Shown here piece after piece: positions 8,097-17,716 of a DNA stretch of 64,000 nt. Each line of letters begins with the position of its first letter. Positions within the stretch are counted from its first letter, which is position 1. The notes below the pieces were generated by a model. That model saw only the letters and a program-made list of their open reading frames with translations. It made no database searches and had not been told where the DNA came from. The DNA is taken from contig JAGWVJ010000001.1 in NCBI GenBank assembly GCA_018970945.1, forward strand, positions 67,357 through 131,356. The letters run 5' to 3'. Origin of the DNA: Cyanobacteria bacterium REEB417. GTDB lineage: Bacteria > Cyanobacteriota > Cyanobacteriia > PCC-6307 > Cyanobiaceae. The position numbers were made by a program, and so were the translations under genes.

Positions 8097-8869
8097 GATT
8101 GAAATTCCCCCTCAGTTTCAGTGCCCAGATAAACCTCGATCACCCGCGGATCGTTCTGCACGACATCCATGGATCCTTCGCAGAGCACGTGGCCCTCGTG
8201 CAGCACGGTCACCGGAGCCTGAAGTTCCCGAATGAAATCCATGTCGTGTTCGATCACCAGCACGGTGTGATCGCCCGCGAGGCTGCGCAACAGCTTGCCG
8301 GTGAGCTCGGTTTCCTCATCGGAGAGCCCTGCCACCGGTTCGTCGACCAGCAGCAGCTCAGGGTCCTGCGCCAGCAACATGGCGATCTCGAGCCATTGCT
8401 TCTGGCCGTGGGAGAGGCTGCCGGCCTGCTGAGCGACATGGCGTTCAAGCCCTACGACGGCGAGCAACTCCTGCACACGCTGGCGCTGCTGCGCGCTGAG
8501 CCGACCGAACAGCAGGGTGAGCGGACCATGGCTGCCCTTGACGGCCAGATCCAGGTTGTGACCGACCGTCAGGTTCTCGATCACCCGGGGGGTCTGAAAC
8601 TTGCGCCCGATGCCCAGGCGGGCGATGCGATGTTCAGGGATCCCCACCAGTGAACGACCCCGGAACAGAACATCGCCGCGTGTCGGGCGCACCTTGCCGG
8701 TGATCACATCGAGAAAGGTGGTCTTGCCGGCACCGTTGGGACCGATCACCGCCCGCAGCTCACCAGGCAGAAGAGCCAGGTCAAGATCCTTGAGGGCCCA
8801 GAATCCATCAAAGCTGACGCTGACCCCGCGCAACTGAAGCAGCGGCGCCACTGCTGTGGAGTGGCTCAT
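8093..8869 (-). CDS. urtD: Urea ABC transporter ATP-binding protein
   Basis: GPNGAGKTTFLDVITG, LSHGQKQWLEIAML and LLLVDEP motifs. 4-nt overlaps with both neighbours. Confidence 0.92.
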   Translation of the reverse strand: MSHSTAVAPLLQLRGVSVSFDGFWALKDLDLALLPGELRAVIGPNGAGKTTFLDVITGKVRPTRGDVLFRGRSLVGIPEHRIARLGIGRKFQTPRVIENLTVGHNLDLAVKGSHGPLTLLFGRLSAQQRQRVQELLAVVGLERHVAQQAGSLSHGQKQWLEIAMLLAQDPELLLVDEPVAGLSDEETELTGKLLRSLAGDHTVLVIEHDMDFIRELQAPVTVLHEGHVLCEGSMDVVQNDPRVIEVYLGTETEGEFQS

Positions 8870-10011
8870 TTCATACCTCCCTCAAGTTCGGACCGTTCGG
8901 CCTGCACGGCAGGGTCGAGATCGAGCTGTGGGTAGGTGGCCGTGCGCGGGGGCCAGCCCAGCATCGAGGCCAGGCGACCGGGACCACCACGGCGCCACCA
9001 GCCCACCAGCCCATCAGGCAGGGCTGTCACCACCAGCAGGAACAGACCCCCCTGGATGAACAGCCAGGTTTCGGGAAGAGCCTCACTGACCAGGCTCTTG
9101 GCGTAATTGATCAACACGGCACCGAGCACGGCGCCGATCAGGGTGCCGCGCCCCCCCACCGCCACCCAGATCACCATCTCGATCGAGAAGGGCACAGCCA
9201 TGTACTGGGGGCTGACGATGCCTGACTGCACCGTGTAGAGAGCACCGCTCACCCCCGCCATGGCTCCGGCCACTGCGAACACCAGGGTCTTGTAGACCGT
9301 CGTGTTGTAACCGGTGAAGCGAAGCCTGGGCTCGTCATCGCGGATCGCGATCAGGGCGTCGCCGAAGCGGCCTCGGGTCAACCAGCGGCTCAGCAGATAG
9401 GCACCAACCACCAGCAGCACCGTGAGCCAGAACAGATTGCGCTGCATGGAATCGCTGCCGACGAGTTCGCCGAACAGGCGGGCCGTGTCGGTCTTCAGGC
9501 CGTTGGTGCCGTTGATCAACTTCTGCTGGCCGTTGAAGAAGTTGAAGAAAACCAGCAGGGCCGCCTGGGTCAGGATCGAGAAATAGACACCCTTGATGCG
9601 GTTGCGAAACACGAGATAACCGAGCACCCCAGCCACCAGCGCTGGCAACACCCAGATGCAGAGCAGGGTGAACAGGGGCGAGGTGAAGGGCTGCCAGAAC
9701 GCCGGCAGGGCCTTGACGCCATAGAGACCGAAGAATTCGGGCAGCTCCCCCGGGGCTAGCGCACTCAACTGCAGATGCATCCCCAGGGCATAGCCACCAA
9801 GGGCAAAAAAGATGCCCTGACCCAGGCTGAGGAGCCCGGTGAAGCCCCAGATCAGATCGATGCCGAGGGCAACGATGCCGAGCGACAGGAAGCGACCCAG
9901 CAGGTTGAGCCTGAAGGGCGGCAGCAGCACCGGCAGCACCAGGGCCGCAATCACGATCAGCAGCCAGGGAAGACTGCGTCTGAGGTGACGGCTCGAGACA
10001 AGATCAGCCAT
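8866..10011 (-). CDS. urtC: Urea ABC transporter permease
   Basis: Multi-TM branched-chain-type (LivM-like) permease positioned between urtB and urtD. Confidence 0.9.
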   Translation of the reverse strand: MADLVSSRHLRRSLPWLLIVIAALVLPVLLPPFRLNLLGRFLSLGIVALGIDLIWGFTGLLSLGQGIFFALGGYALGMHLQLSALAPGELPEFFGLYGVKALPAFWQPFTSPLFTLLCIWVLPALVAGVLGYLVFRNRIKGVYFSILTQAALLVFFNFFNGQQKLINGTNGLKTDTARLFGELVGSDSMQRNLFWLTVLLVVGAYLLSRWLTRGRFGDALIAIRDDEPRLRFTGYNTTVYKTLVFAVAGAMAGVSGALYTVQSGIVSPQYMAVPFSIEMVIWVAVGGRGTLIGAVLGAVLINYAKSLVSEALPETWLFIQGGLFLLVVTALPDGLVGWWRRGGPGRLASMLGWPPRTATYPQLDLDPAVQAERSELEGGMK

Positions 10012-10014
10012 GGA

Positions 10015-11172
10015 TCAGGCCTCCACCAGGCGGCCTTTCTGTGGGAACAGACCGGCCGGTCTGAACTGCAGAAAGACGACGATCAGCGCAAACACAAGCA
10101 CCTTGGCCATGGAGGTGGTGGCAAAGAAGGTCACCAGCTCGTTGATGGCAGGAGGCATCGCCGGCCACACCAGCAGAAGTGAACCGGAGCCGACGATGTA
10201 ACTGAGCACGCCGATGCCCAGGGCCGCCACCACGGTGCCGACCAGCTTGCCGACACCTCCGAGCACCACCACCATGAAGCAGTCGACGATGTAGTTGCCG
10301 CCCAGGTTCGGGCCGACCGAACCGAGCAGGGTGACCGCCACGCCGGCCACCCCAGCCAGGCCGGAGCCCACCAGAAACGTGAGGGCATCGACCGTTTCGG
10401 TGGGAATGCCGAGACAATCGCTCATCGAACGGTTCTGGGTGACGGCGCGGATGCGCATCCCCCAGACACTCTTCTGGAGAAACCAGAGGACACCCCCGAG
10501 CGCAAGGGCTGTCAACGCGATGATGAACAGACGCGCTGTGGGCATGTTGAGAGCGCCCAGATCAACCGCACCGCGCAGCCACTGGGGGGCCGTCACATCG
10601 ATGTTGCGGGCGCTGAACCAGGGTTGATCGAGAGCGCGCACCCCACCCAGGGCCGAAGCCAGAACGATGCCGACCAGGGCTGAAACCACCCAGGTACCAA
10701 CCCCCAGCAGGGGACTCCAGCGCCGTTGCCACAGGTCCGCCGGGGTGAAGCGGGGCAGAAACAGGCCCAGGACCACCGCCACCACCAGGCCGATGGCGAA
10801 GGCACTGCTGACCGAGCGCACGAACTGCTGCAGGATCAGACTGACTCCCCAGGTCGCCAGCAGGGTCTCGAGCGGGCGGCCGTAGAGCCTGCGAATCACG
10901 GTCTTTTCCAGGAGCAGACCGGCCAGACCGCTCACCACAAAAGCGACGGGGATCGCAATCAGGATGTAAACCGGGAACAGTGCCTCCAGGGGCCCTTCCT
11001 TGAACAGGTTCTGGACCACAAAAGTCGTGTAGGCACCGAGCATCATCAACTCGCCATGGGCCATGTTGATGACACCCATCAGACCGAAGACGACAGCCAG
11101 ACCGAGAGCGGCAAGGACAAGAACCGAACCGATCGCCAGGCCGTTGAAGAGTGTGTCGTAGAGAAGATCCAT
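10015..11172 (-). CDS. urtB: Urea ABC transporter permease
   Basis: Start taken at the internal ATG at 11172 (MDLLYDTLFNGLAIGSVLVLAALGLAVVFGLMGVINMAHGE, LivH-like). The upstream part of the track ORF is Arg/Ser-rich and non-protein-like. Confidence 0.9.
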   Translation of the reverse strand: MDLLYDTLFNGLAIGSVLVLAALGLAVVFGLMGVINMAHGELMMLGAYTTFVVQNLFKEGPLEALFPVYILIAIPVAFVVSGLAGLLLEKTVIRRLYGRPLETLLATWGVSLILQQFVRSVSSAFAIGLVVAVVLGLFLPRFTPADLWQRRWSPLLGVGTWVVSALVGIVLASALGGVRALDQPWFSARNIDVTAPQWLRGAVDLGALNMPTARLFIIALTALALGGVLWFLQKSVWGMRIRAVTQNRSMSDCLGIPTETVDALTFLVGSGLAGVAGVAVTLLGSVGPNLGGNYIVDCFMVVVLGGVGKLVGTVVAALGIGVLSYIVGSGSLLLVWPAMPPAINELVTFFATTSMAKVLVFALIVVFLQFRPAGLFPQKGRLVEA

Positions 11173-11260
11173 CAGGACCGGCAAAAGAGAAAAGGGGGGA
11201 TCGATATCCCCCCTGAAAGAACTCAATCTGATTGCATGAATGCAATCGCTGAGCCCGTGA

Positions 11261-12568
11261 TCACATCTTGAACTTACCGGCGTCCGGACGCTTCTGCGTC
11301 CAGTCACAGGTGTAGCCCTTGGTCTCCGGCACGAACTGGTTCCAGGCCACGGGCTTGACGAAGCCCTTGTCCTCAAGAATCTTGAACATGCCGTCTTTCT
11401 GCACCTCGCCAATCAGCACACGCTTCTCGACGTGGTGGTTGGGCATCACGGTCACCTTGCCCTCAGGCGCATCGAAGCTCACACCGATCAGGGCTTCGCG
11501 CACCTTGTTGTCATCGACACTGTTGGCCTTCTCTGCGGCAGCGGCCCACAGGTAAACCATCATGTAAGCGGCTTCAGCGGGGTCATTGGTGACCCGCTTG
11601 TCGCCATACTTGGCCTTGAAGTTCTTGGTGAACTCCTTGGACGCGGGGGTGTCAAGGCTCTGGAAGAAGTTCCAGGCGGCAAAGGTGCCCTCGAGATACT
11701 CAGGACCGATAGCGGCGATCTCCTCTTCGGCGATCGAGAAGCTCATGATCGAGTATCCGTTGGCCGGGGTGATGCCGGCAGCCTTCATCTGCTTGAAGAA
11801 GGCGACATTGCTGTCACCGTTGAGGGTGTTGACGATCACACCACCCTTGGGCAGGGCCTGTTTGATCTTGGCGATGATCGGAGCCACCTCAGTGTTGCCC
11901 AGGGGCAGGTAGTCCTCACCCACCACCTTGCCGCCGCTCGCCTTGAGCTGCTCCTTCATGATGGTGTTGGCGGTACGCGGATAGACGTAATCCGAACCAA
12001 CCAGGAAGAAGTCCTTGCCCTTGTTCTTGAGCAGCCAGTCGACAGCGGGCTCGGCCTGTTGGTTGGGGGCAGCGCCGCTGTAGAAGATGTTCTTCGAGCA
12101 CTCCTGACCCTCGTACTGAATCGGGTAGAAGAGGAAGTGATCCTTGGCTTCGAACACCGGCAGCATCGCCTTGCGGCTGGCCGAGGTCCAGCCACCGAAG
12201 ACCACGGCGACCTGGTCCTGATCGATCAGTTTCTTCGCTTTCTCAGCGAAAGTGGGCCAATCGGAGGCTCCGTCCTCCTCGACGGGAACGATCTTGAGCT
12301 TCTTGCCGTCGACGGTGATGCCACCTTTGGCATTGATCTCATCGATGGCCATCAGCTCGGCTTCGGCCACCGTGTTCTCGGAGATGGCCATGGTGCCCGA
12401 GCGTGAATGAAGGATGCCGACCTTCACTTCGCCGTCAAACTTGCCGCCGGCCTGGTCACCGCCGCCGCAGGCGACCAGTGACAGGGAGGTGGCCAGAAGC
12501 GTGGCACCGCCAACCAGGGGCAGAACCGACTTCCGCTTCAGGGGAAACGTCATGGGTTGCAAAAACAC
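11261..12568 (-). CDS. urtA: Urea ABC transporter substrate-binding lipoprotein
   Basis: Lipobox LSLVAC followed by GILHSRSGTMAISE... (UrtA/amide-binding family). GTG at 12568 or ATG at 12553. Confidence 0.92.
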   Translation of the reverse strand: MFLQPMTFPLKRKSVLPLVGGATLLATSLSLVACGGGDQAGGKFDGEVKVGILHSRSGTMAISENTVAEAELMAIDEINAKGGITVDGKKLKIVPVEEDGASDWPTFAEKAKKLIDQDQVAVVFGGWTSASRKAMLPVFEAKDHFLFYPIQYEGQECSKNIFYSGAAPNQQAEPAVDWLLKNKGKDFFLVGSDYVYPRTANTIMKEQLKASGGKVVGEDYLPLGNTEVAPIIAKIKQALPKGGVIVNTLNGDSNVAFFKQMKAAGITPANGYSIMSFSIAEEEIAAIGPEYLEGTFAAWNFFQSLDTPASKEFTKNFKAKYGDKRVTNDPAEAAYMMVYLWAAAAEKANSVDDNKVREALIGVSFDAPEGKVTVMPNHHVEKRVLIGEVQKDGMFKILEDKGFVKPVAWNQFVPETKGYTCDWTQKRPDAGKFKM

Positions 12569-12629
12569 AAGATGAGCTGCCGCTGATCAGCGGTGATTCG
12601 AACGTATCGAGTGCTCTGCACAACCTCTG

Positions 12630-12643
12630 GTAGCGATTGACAC
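12630..12643 (-). promoter_or_regulatory. Candidate NtcA-type site (GTG-N8-TAC) with a -10-like box
   Basis: Minus strand reads GTGTCAATCGCTAC, followed 23 nt later by TACGTT (12606-12601, TAN3T type). The site is about 60-75 nt upstream of the urtA start. Confidence 0.35.
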
Positions 12644-12712
12644 CGTTTCTCCAGCCGATGGGACCCGTTGCGCCGCAGTGCTTCTGGGCCTCTATCAAGG
12701 GACAATTCCGCT

Positions 12713-12722
12713 GTAACGCTGG

Positions 12723-12726
<4 letters not shown>
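12713..12726 (-). promoter_or_regulatory. Perfect NtcA consensus GTA-N8-TAC
   Basis: GTAACGCTGGCTAC overlaps the ureG stop codon, about 150 nt upstream of urtA. I see no good -10 box at the canonical 22-nt spacing. Confidence 0.4.
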
Positions 12727-13325
<599 letters not shown>

Positions 13326-13384
13326 CAGAGCTTCCCCGTGCCGAGGCCCCACAGTGCTGCCATCCTGGCGCCGGGCGGTAGACG

Positions 13385-14020
13385 GTGATGATCCGCAGGC
13401 TGAACCGACTGGACTTCGGCAACGTGGGCCTGGCCATGCTCACCGGCGCCGGTGTGAGCATGGGTTTCATCCAGCTGCTGGCCGGCTCCCTCGAACAGGT
13501 GGCCAACGTCAGTGTTCAGGTGATGGCGGTACGGACCACAACCCTGGTGGCGCCGGTTCTGATCAGCCTGCTGTTGCTGCTGCGCGACGGGCCGCTGATG
13601 ATCAGGCTGGGGGCCCGGTACGCCCGTCGCCGGGCGAACCGGTTGCGTCAGGTCTGGCGCCAGCAGGCCGGCGGCCTGATCTTCAGCGCCCTGGCCCAGC
13701 TGCCTTACCTGCTGGCCGCCGCGCTGATGGCGGCGATGCTGACCCGGCCCGAACTCGACAGCCTCGATGAACTGCGCTTCCTGGTGGGCAACCTGGATCC
13801 GCTGTTGCTGGGTTTGAGCCTGTTCAAGACCGCGCTGTTTACGGGTCTGACCCTGTGGATCGCCCTCGACCAGGGTGCCCGGGCCCACCGTCGCGACCTG
13901 CTGCCGACGGCGGGCCTGTCACGGGCGATCAGCATCAGCCTGGCGGCGGTGCTGGTGCTCGACCTTGGCTGGGCGTTGCTGATCACTCCCCTGATCGCTG
14001 AGAGGGGACTGGTGCCATGA
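13385..14020 (+). CDS. MlaE/TGD1-like ABC permease (short, divergent)
   Basis: Multi-TM protein with [12 protein letters not shown] and ...[18 protein letters not shown]...[20 protein letters not shown] resembling the MlaE C-terminal core. Translationally coupled (4-nt overlap) to the MCE gene. Confidence 0.6.
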   Translation: MMIRRLNRLDFGNVGLAMLTGAGVSMGFIQLLAGSLEQVANVSVQVMAVRTTTLVAPVLISLLLLLRDGPLMIRLGARYARRRANRLRQVWRQQAGGLIFSALAQLPYLLAAALMAAMLTRPELDSLDELRFLVGNLDPLLLGLSLFKTALFTGLTLWIALDQGARAHRRDLLPTAGLSRAISISLAAVLVLDLGWALLITPLIAERGLVP

Positions 14021-14856
14021 CGCGCATCCGCAGGACCCTGCATGAAGCCGAGCGCGAACATCGGGGCTGGCTTGGGGGCAGCCTGCTGCTGCTGCTGTTG
14101 CTGGTGGCGGGCATGGGCGTCCCTCGCAACTGGTGGTCACCGAGCGTGGAACTCAGTTTTCGCACCTACAGCGCCGCCCGTCTCAAACCGGGCATGCCGG
14201 TCATGATCTCGGGCTACCCGGTGGGCCAGGTGCAACGGATCCACCTGCTCAACGACGCCCAGGTGCATGTGACGCTGCAGGTGGCCAGAGCCCAGCGGTT
14301 CATGATCGGGCCCCGCAGTCGGGCCGCCCTGGCGCAGGACGACCTGCTCAGCAGCCCTTACATCGCCATCAACCCCGACCTGCACGATCTCGACCGTCGA
14401 GGGCCCGGCGCCCAGGGCGAAACCCTCATCTATGAGGACAGCCCCAGCATGGCCAGCCTGTTCAAGGATCTGGCCGCCAGCCGCGTTCCCCTGCAGACGC
14501 TGCTCAACAGCAGCGCCAGGTTGGTGGAGCAACGCATGCCACGCTCGCTGGATCAGCTGGACCGCACCATGGGCAGCGGCGAACGGCTGGTGAACAGCCT
14601 CGAGCGTGACCTGGCGGGCCGGGCCGGCGCCCTGGAAGCCAGGGTCGAGCGCGCCACCGGTCAGCTGGAGACAACGCTCAGCGCGGTGCAATCGACCTTG
14701 GGCGACATTCAGGCCCTGGCGCGCAGCAGCAACGCCCTGTTGCAGGGCCTCAGTCGCAGCTGGTTGCTGCAGTTGCTGCAGCCGTCACCAGAGTCGACTC
14801 GGCCAGCACCATCGGCGGCAGGCTCAGGCCCAGGAGCCGGGCCGTCACTGCGTTGA
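14017..14856 (+). CDS. MlaD/MCE-domain protein
   Basis: N-terminal TM helix (GGSLLLLLLLVAGMGV). MCE-like core LKPGMPVMISGYPVGQVQRIHLLNDAQVHVTLQV...SPYIAINP, then a long helical tail. Confidence 0.75.
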   Translation: MTRIRRTLHEAEREHRGWLGGSLLLLLLLVAGMGVPRNWWSPSVELSFRTYSAARLKPGMPVMISGYPVGQVQRIHLLNDAQVHVTLQVARAQRFMIGPRSRAALAQDDLLSSPYIAINPDLHDLDRRGPGAQGETLIYEDSPSMASLFKDLAASRVPLQTLLNSSARLVEQRMPRSLDQLDRTMGSGERLVNSLERDLAGRAGALEARVERATGQLETTLSAVQSTLGDIQALARSSNALLQGLSRSWLLQLLQPSPESTRPAPSAAGSGPGAGPSLR

Positions 14857-14915
14857 GCCAGACCTGCGGGGTGCCGGGCCGCCCAGCAACCGCAGTCCAG
14901 AGCGACGGGTGAGGG

Positions 14916-15641
14916 TCAACTGCGAAACAGACGGGAGTACAGCTCTGCATGCTGAAGTTGGGCCAGGCCCGCGCCCACGGCACCACTCCAGAGTGAGGCA
15001 GGATCGACGTCGGCCAGCTGCTCGCCACGGGCGGCGATCAGCGGCGCCAGCTGCCACTGCAGCCGCTGGCCCTCGGTGGGACCCAGCGGCACCAGGCGCA
15101 CCGCCGCACTGATCTGGTTTGCCGTCCAGCCGTAGAGGTAGGCCTGCTCCAGCTGCGGCGATGCCAGCTGGGCACACACCCCGGCCCAGGCATAGGCAGC
15201 GGGCCAGGCCAGGGTTCGCAGCAGCACGGCGCCCCCGGCCGGTGAACCCGGGGGCAGCAGGGGCCCGCACAGGTCGTTGAGCAGCTGCAGCAGGGAGGAT
15301 CCCATCTGACGTTGCTGGGCGCGCACCTCGGCGGCTTCACGCTGGGCCAGCAACCAACCGTCGCGCTCGGCCAGGGCCGCCGCGGCGCCGGCTTCACCCG
15401 TGCTCAGGCCAGCGATGAGCAGCGTCAGGCCGGAGAGGGCCGCTGCCTCGATCGCGACGCTGCCGCGCTGCAGTTCGGCCTGCAGCCAGCCCTGAAGGGC
15501 CGCTGCCGAGTCCAGCCCACCGGCCTGCTGCAGGGCCTCGAGACCCTCCGAATAGCTGAAGGCACCCACCGGCAGGGCCGGGCTGACCAGCTGCATCAGA
15601 CGCAGCAGGGCCCGGTGCGGGTCAGTGGTGGTGATGGCCAT
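14916..15641 (-). CDS. ureF: Urease accessory protein
   Basis: Internal ATG at 15641: MAITTTDPHRALLRLMQLVSPALPVGAFSYSEGLE (UreF signature). Confidence 0.88.
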   Translation of the reverse strand: MAITTTDPHRALLRLMQLVSPALPVGAFSYSEGLEALQQAGGLDSAAALQGWLQAELQRGSVAIEAAALSGLTLLIAGLSTGEAGAAAALAERDGWLLAQREAAEVRAQQRQMGSSLLQLLNDLCGPLLPPGSPAGGAVLLRTLAWPAAYAWAGVCAQLASPQLEQAYLYGWTANQISAAVRLVPLGPTEGQRLQWQLAPLIAARGEQLADVDPASLWSGAVGAGLAQLQHAELYSRLFRS

Positions 15642-16137
15642 GGCCCTCCACGGCTGCATAGGCTCCCGCTTCGGGCAGAAACGGCGCCTCGATCGCCTCG
15701 ACCCCCAACCCCCGGCGCCGCAGCAGATCGAGCAACACCGGGTCGTGCTGCAGGAGCAGGTGGTCGGAATGCAGCTCCAGGGGCACATGGCGGTTGCCCA
15801 GGTGATAAGCCGCCTGCATCAGAGCCAGGGGATCCGCCGCCGCCGTCACCCGCAGCAGGGGCTCGGGGGCAGCCACCACCGCGACAGCCACCTGCGCATC
15901 GTCGCTCAGCAGCCACTCACCAGGCTGCAGCGCCGCGCCACGGGGCAGCTGCAGGAGCAGGTCATGGCCGCAGCTGCTGCGGCGATGGCCGCGCAGGCTG
16001 GTGCGCTGATCCGCACGCAGGCTCATCTGCAGGCGCCTCAGCGCCCCAGCGGGCAGAGCCGCGCCTGCCTCCAGGCGTCGCACCAGCAACACAGAAGCCA
16101 CTGCAGCAGAGTGGAAGACATTGCTGCAGGATCGCAC
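15622..16137 (-). CDS. ureE: Urease accessory metallochaperone (start uncertain; GTG options at 16137, 16101, 16092)
   Basis: LQLPRGAALQPGEWLL, AAYHLGNRHVPLEL and a C-terminal His-rich tail EGHGHHHH. Overlaps the ureF start by 20 nt. Confidence 0.85.
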   Translation of the reverse strand: MRSCSNVFHSAAVASVLLVRRLEAGAALPAGALRRLQMSLRADQRTSLRGHRRSSCGHDLLLQLPRGAALQPGEWLLSDDAQVAVAVVAAPEPLLRVTAAADPLALMQAAYHLGNRHVPLELHSDHLLLQHDPVLLDLLRRRGLGVEAIEAPFLPEAGAYAAVEGHGHHHH

Positions 16138-17030
16138 TGGAGAGCTGGACGAGCCACGCCTGGCTGCAATTCAGCCAGCGGCAGAACCGCACGGTGCACC
16201 AGGGGCGGGCCAGTGCTCCGCTCAAGCTGCAACGTGCCTTCTGCCAGGCCAGCGGGCACTGCGAGCTGCCCCTGCTGCACACCGCCGGGGGCCTTGTGGG
16301 GGGCGACCAGCTGAGCTTGACGGTCGAGGCCAAGGCCCACAGCCGTGCCCTGATCACCACCGTGGCCGCCCAGAAGGCCTATGGCAGCGTGGGTCGCTCG
16401 CGGGTTCACCCCGGCGGTCGCTGGGCCCGGCAGCGGGTGGAAGTCCAGCTCGAGCAGGGCAGCGATCTGGAGTGGCTGCCGCAGGAGCTGGTGCTCTACA
16501 GCGGCGCCCTTTATGAGCAGACGCTGGAGGTGAATCTGGCCGCCGATGCCGCGTTTCTGGGGGCCGAGGTGGTGCGCTTCGGCCGCACCGCCGCCGGCGA
16601 AGGGCTGGGCCCGGGCTGCTGGCGCTCGGCACTGACCATCCAGCGTCAGCACCCAGACGGCCCCCGCTGGGACCTGGTCGATCGGCTCGAGCTTGGCGAT
16701 GCCGCCCTGACGAGCCCCCATGGCCTGGGGGGGGAGCCGGTGTTCGGCTCCCTGGTCTGGGCGGCGCCGCTCGCCCTGAAGCCGGCCGAGCTGGCTGGGC
16801 TGCTCGCGCTGTGCCGCAGCGACCGCAACGGGCTGCCGGGGACCATGGCCTGTGGACCCCTCGAGCAGGGGCTGATCGCGCGCTACCGCGGCAGCTCGAC
16901 CCAGGCGGCCCGCTTCTGGTTCAGCCGCATCTGGGCGCGGTTGCGCGCGTTCCGTGCCCTGCAGCCACCCCAGCTGCCGCGGGTGTGGCCGTTTCAGGAG
17001 AACCCGTGGCCCGAAGCTGGTTCAACCTGA
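16137..17030 (+). CDS. ureD: Urease accessory protein (start codon unresolved)
   Basis: AWLQFSQRQNRTV...APLKLQRAF...LLHTAGGLVGGDQLSL is UreD-like. The homologous region begins before the first in-frame ATG/GTG/TTG (GTG at 16194). Only CTG (16101, 16137) or ATC (16131) are available. Confidence 0.8.
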   Translation: MESWTSHAWLQFSQRQNRTVHQGRASAPLKLQRAFCQASGHCELPLLHTAGGLVGGDQLSLTVEAKAHSRALITTVAAQKAYGSVGRSRVHPGGRWARQRVEVQLEQGSDLEWLPQELVLYSGALYEQTLEVNLAADAAFLGAEVVRFGRTAAGEGLGPGCWRSALTIQRQHPDGPRWDLVDRLELGDAALTSPHGLGGEPVFGSLVWAAPLALKPAELAGLLALCRSDRNGLPGTMACGPLEQGLIARYRGSSTQAARFWFSRIWARLRAFRALQPPQLPRVWPFQENPWPEAGST

Positions 17031-17066
17031 ACGACCGCCGCCGCAGAGCCCTGACAAACTGACCCC

Positions 17067-17369
17067 ATGCACCTGACACCCCAGGAAAAAGACAAGCTCC
17101 TGATCGTGACCGCTGCCCTGCTGGCCGAGCGGCGCCTCGGCAGGGGCCTCAAGCTCAACCACCCCGAAGCGGTGGCCTGGCTCAGCTTCCAGGTGCTCGA
17201 GGGCGCCCGCGATGGCAAAAGCGTGGCCGAGCTCATGGCCGAGGGCAGCACCTGGCTCAGCCGCGAGCAGGTGATGGAGGGTGTGGCCGAGCTGGTTCAT
17301 GAGGTCCAGATCGAGGCGGTCTTCCCCGATGGCAGCAAACTCGTCACCCTGCACGAACCCATCCGATGA
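17067..17369 (+). CDS. ureA: Urease gamma subunit
   Basis: [24 protein letters not shown]... Confidence 0.95.
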   Translation: MHLTPQEKDKLLIVTAALLAERRLGRGLKLNHPEAVAWLSFQVLEGARDGKSVAELMAEGSTWLSREQVMEGVAELVHEVQIEAVFPDGSKLVTLHEPIR

Positions 17370-17683
17370 CCCCGTTGATTCCCGGTGAACTGCTGAGCGA
17401 ACCCGGCGAGCTCGAACTCAATGCCGGCCGGCCCGTAACCACCCTCGAGGTGGCCAACAGCGGCGATCGCCCCGTGCAGGTGGGCTCCCACTTTCACTTT
17501 TACGAAACCAACAGCGCCCTGGAGTTCGACCGGGAGGCGGCCCGCGGCCTGCGGCTCGACATCCCCGCCGGCACCGCCATTCGCTTTGAACCCGGCGACA
17601 GCCGCAGCGTGAACCTGGTGCCGTTTGCCGGCAGCCGCCGCGTGTTCGGCTTCAACGGCCTGATCAACGGCCCGCTCGACTGA
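17366..17683 (+). CDS. ureB: Urease beta subunit
   Basis: [10 protein letters not shown]...[17 protein letters not shown] overlap with ureA. Confidence 0.95.
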   Translation: MTPLIPGELLSEPGELELNAGRPVTTLEVANSGDRPVQVGSHFHFYETNSALEFDREAARGLRLDIPAGTAIRFEPGDSRSVNLVPFAGSRRVFGFNGLINGPLD

Positions 17684-17716
17684 GCCCAGCCCTCAACCGC
17701 TTCGCAGCAGAACCCC

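Noticed and set aside
12580-12593. Perfect 14-nt palindrome CCGCTGATCAGCGG in the urtA leader.
   Set aside because: It may be a small leader hairpin or a protein site, but there is no supporting context. It is mentioned under the NtcA finding rather than as its own feature.
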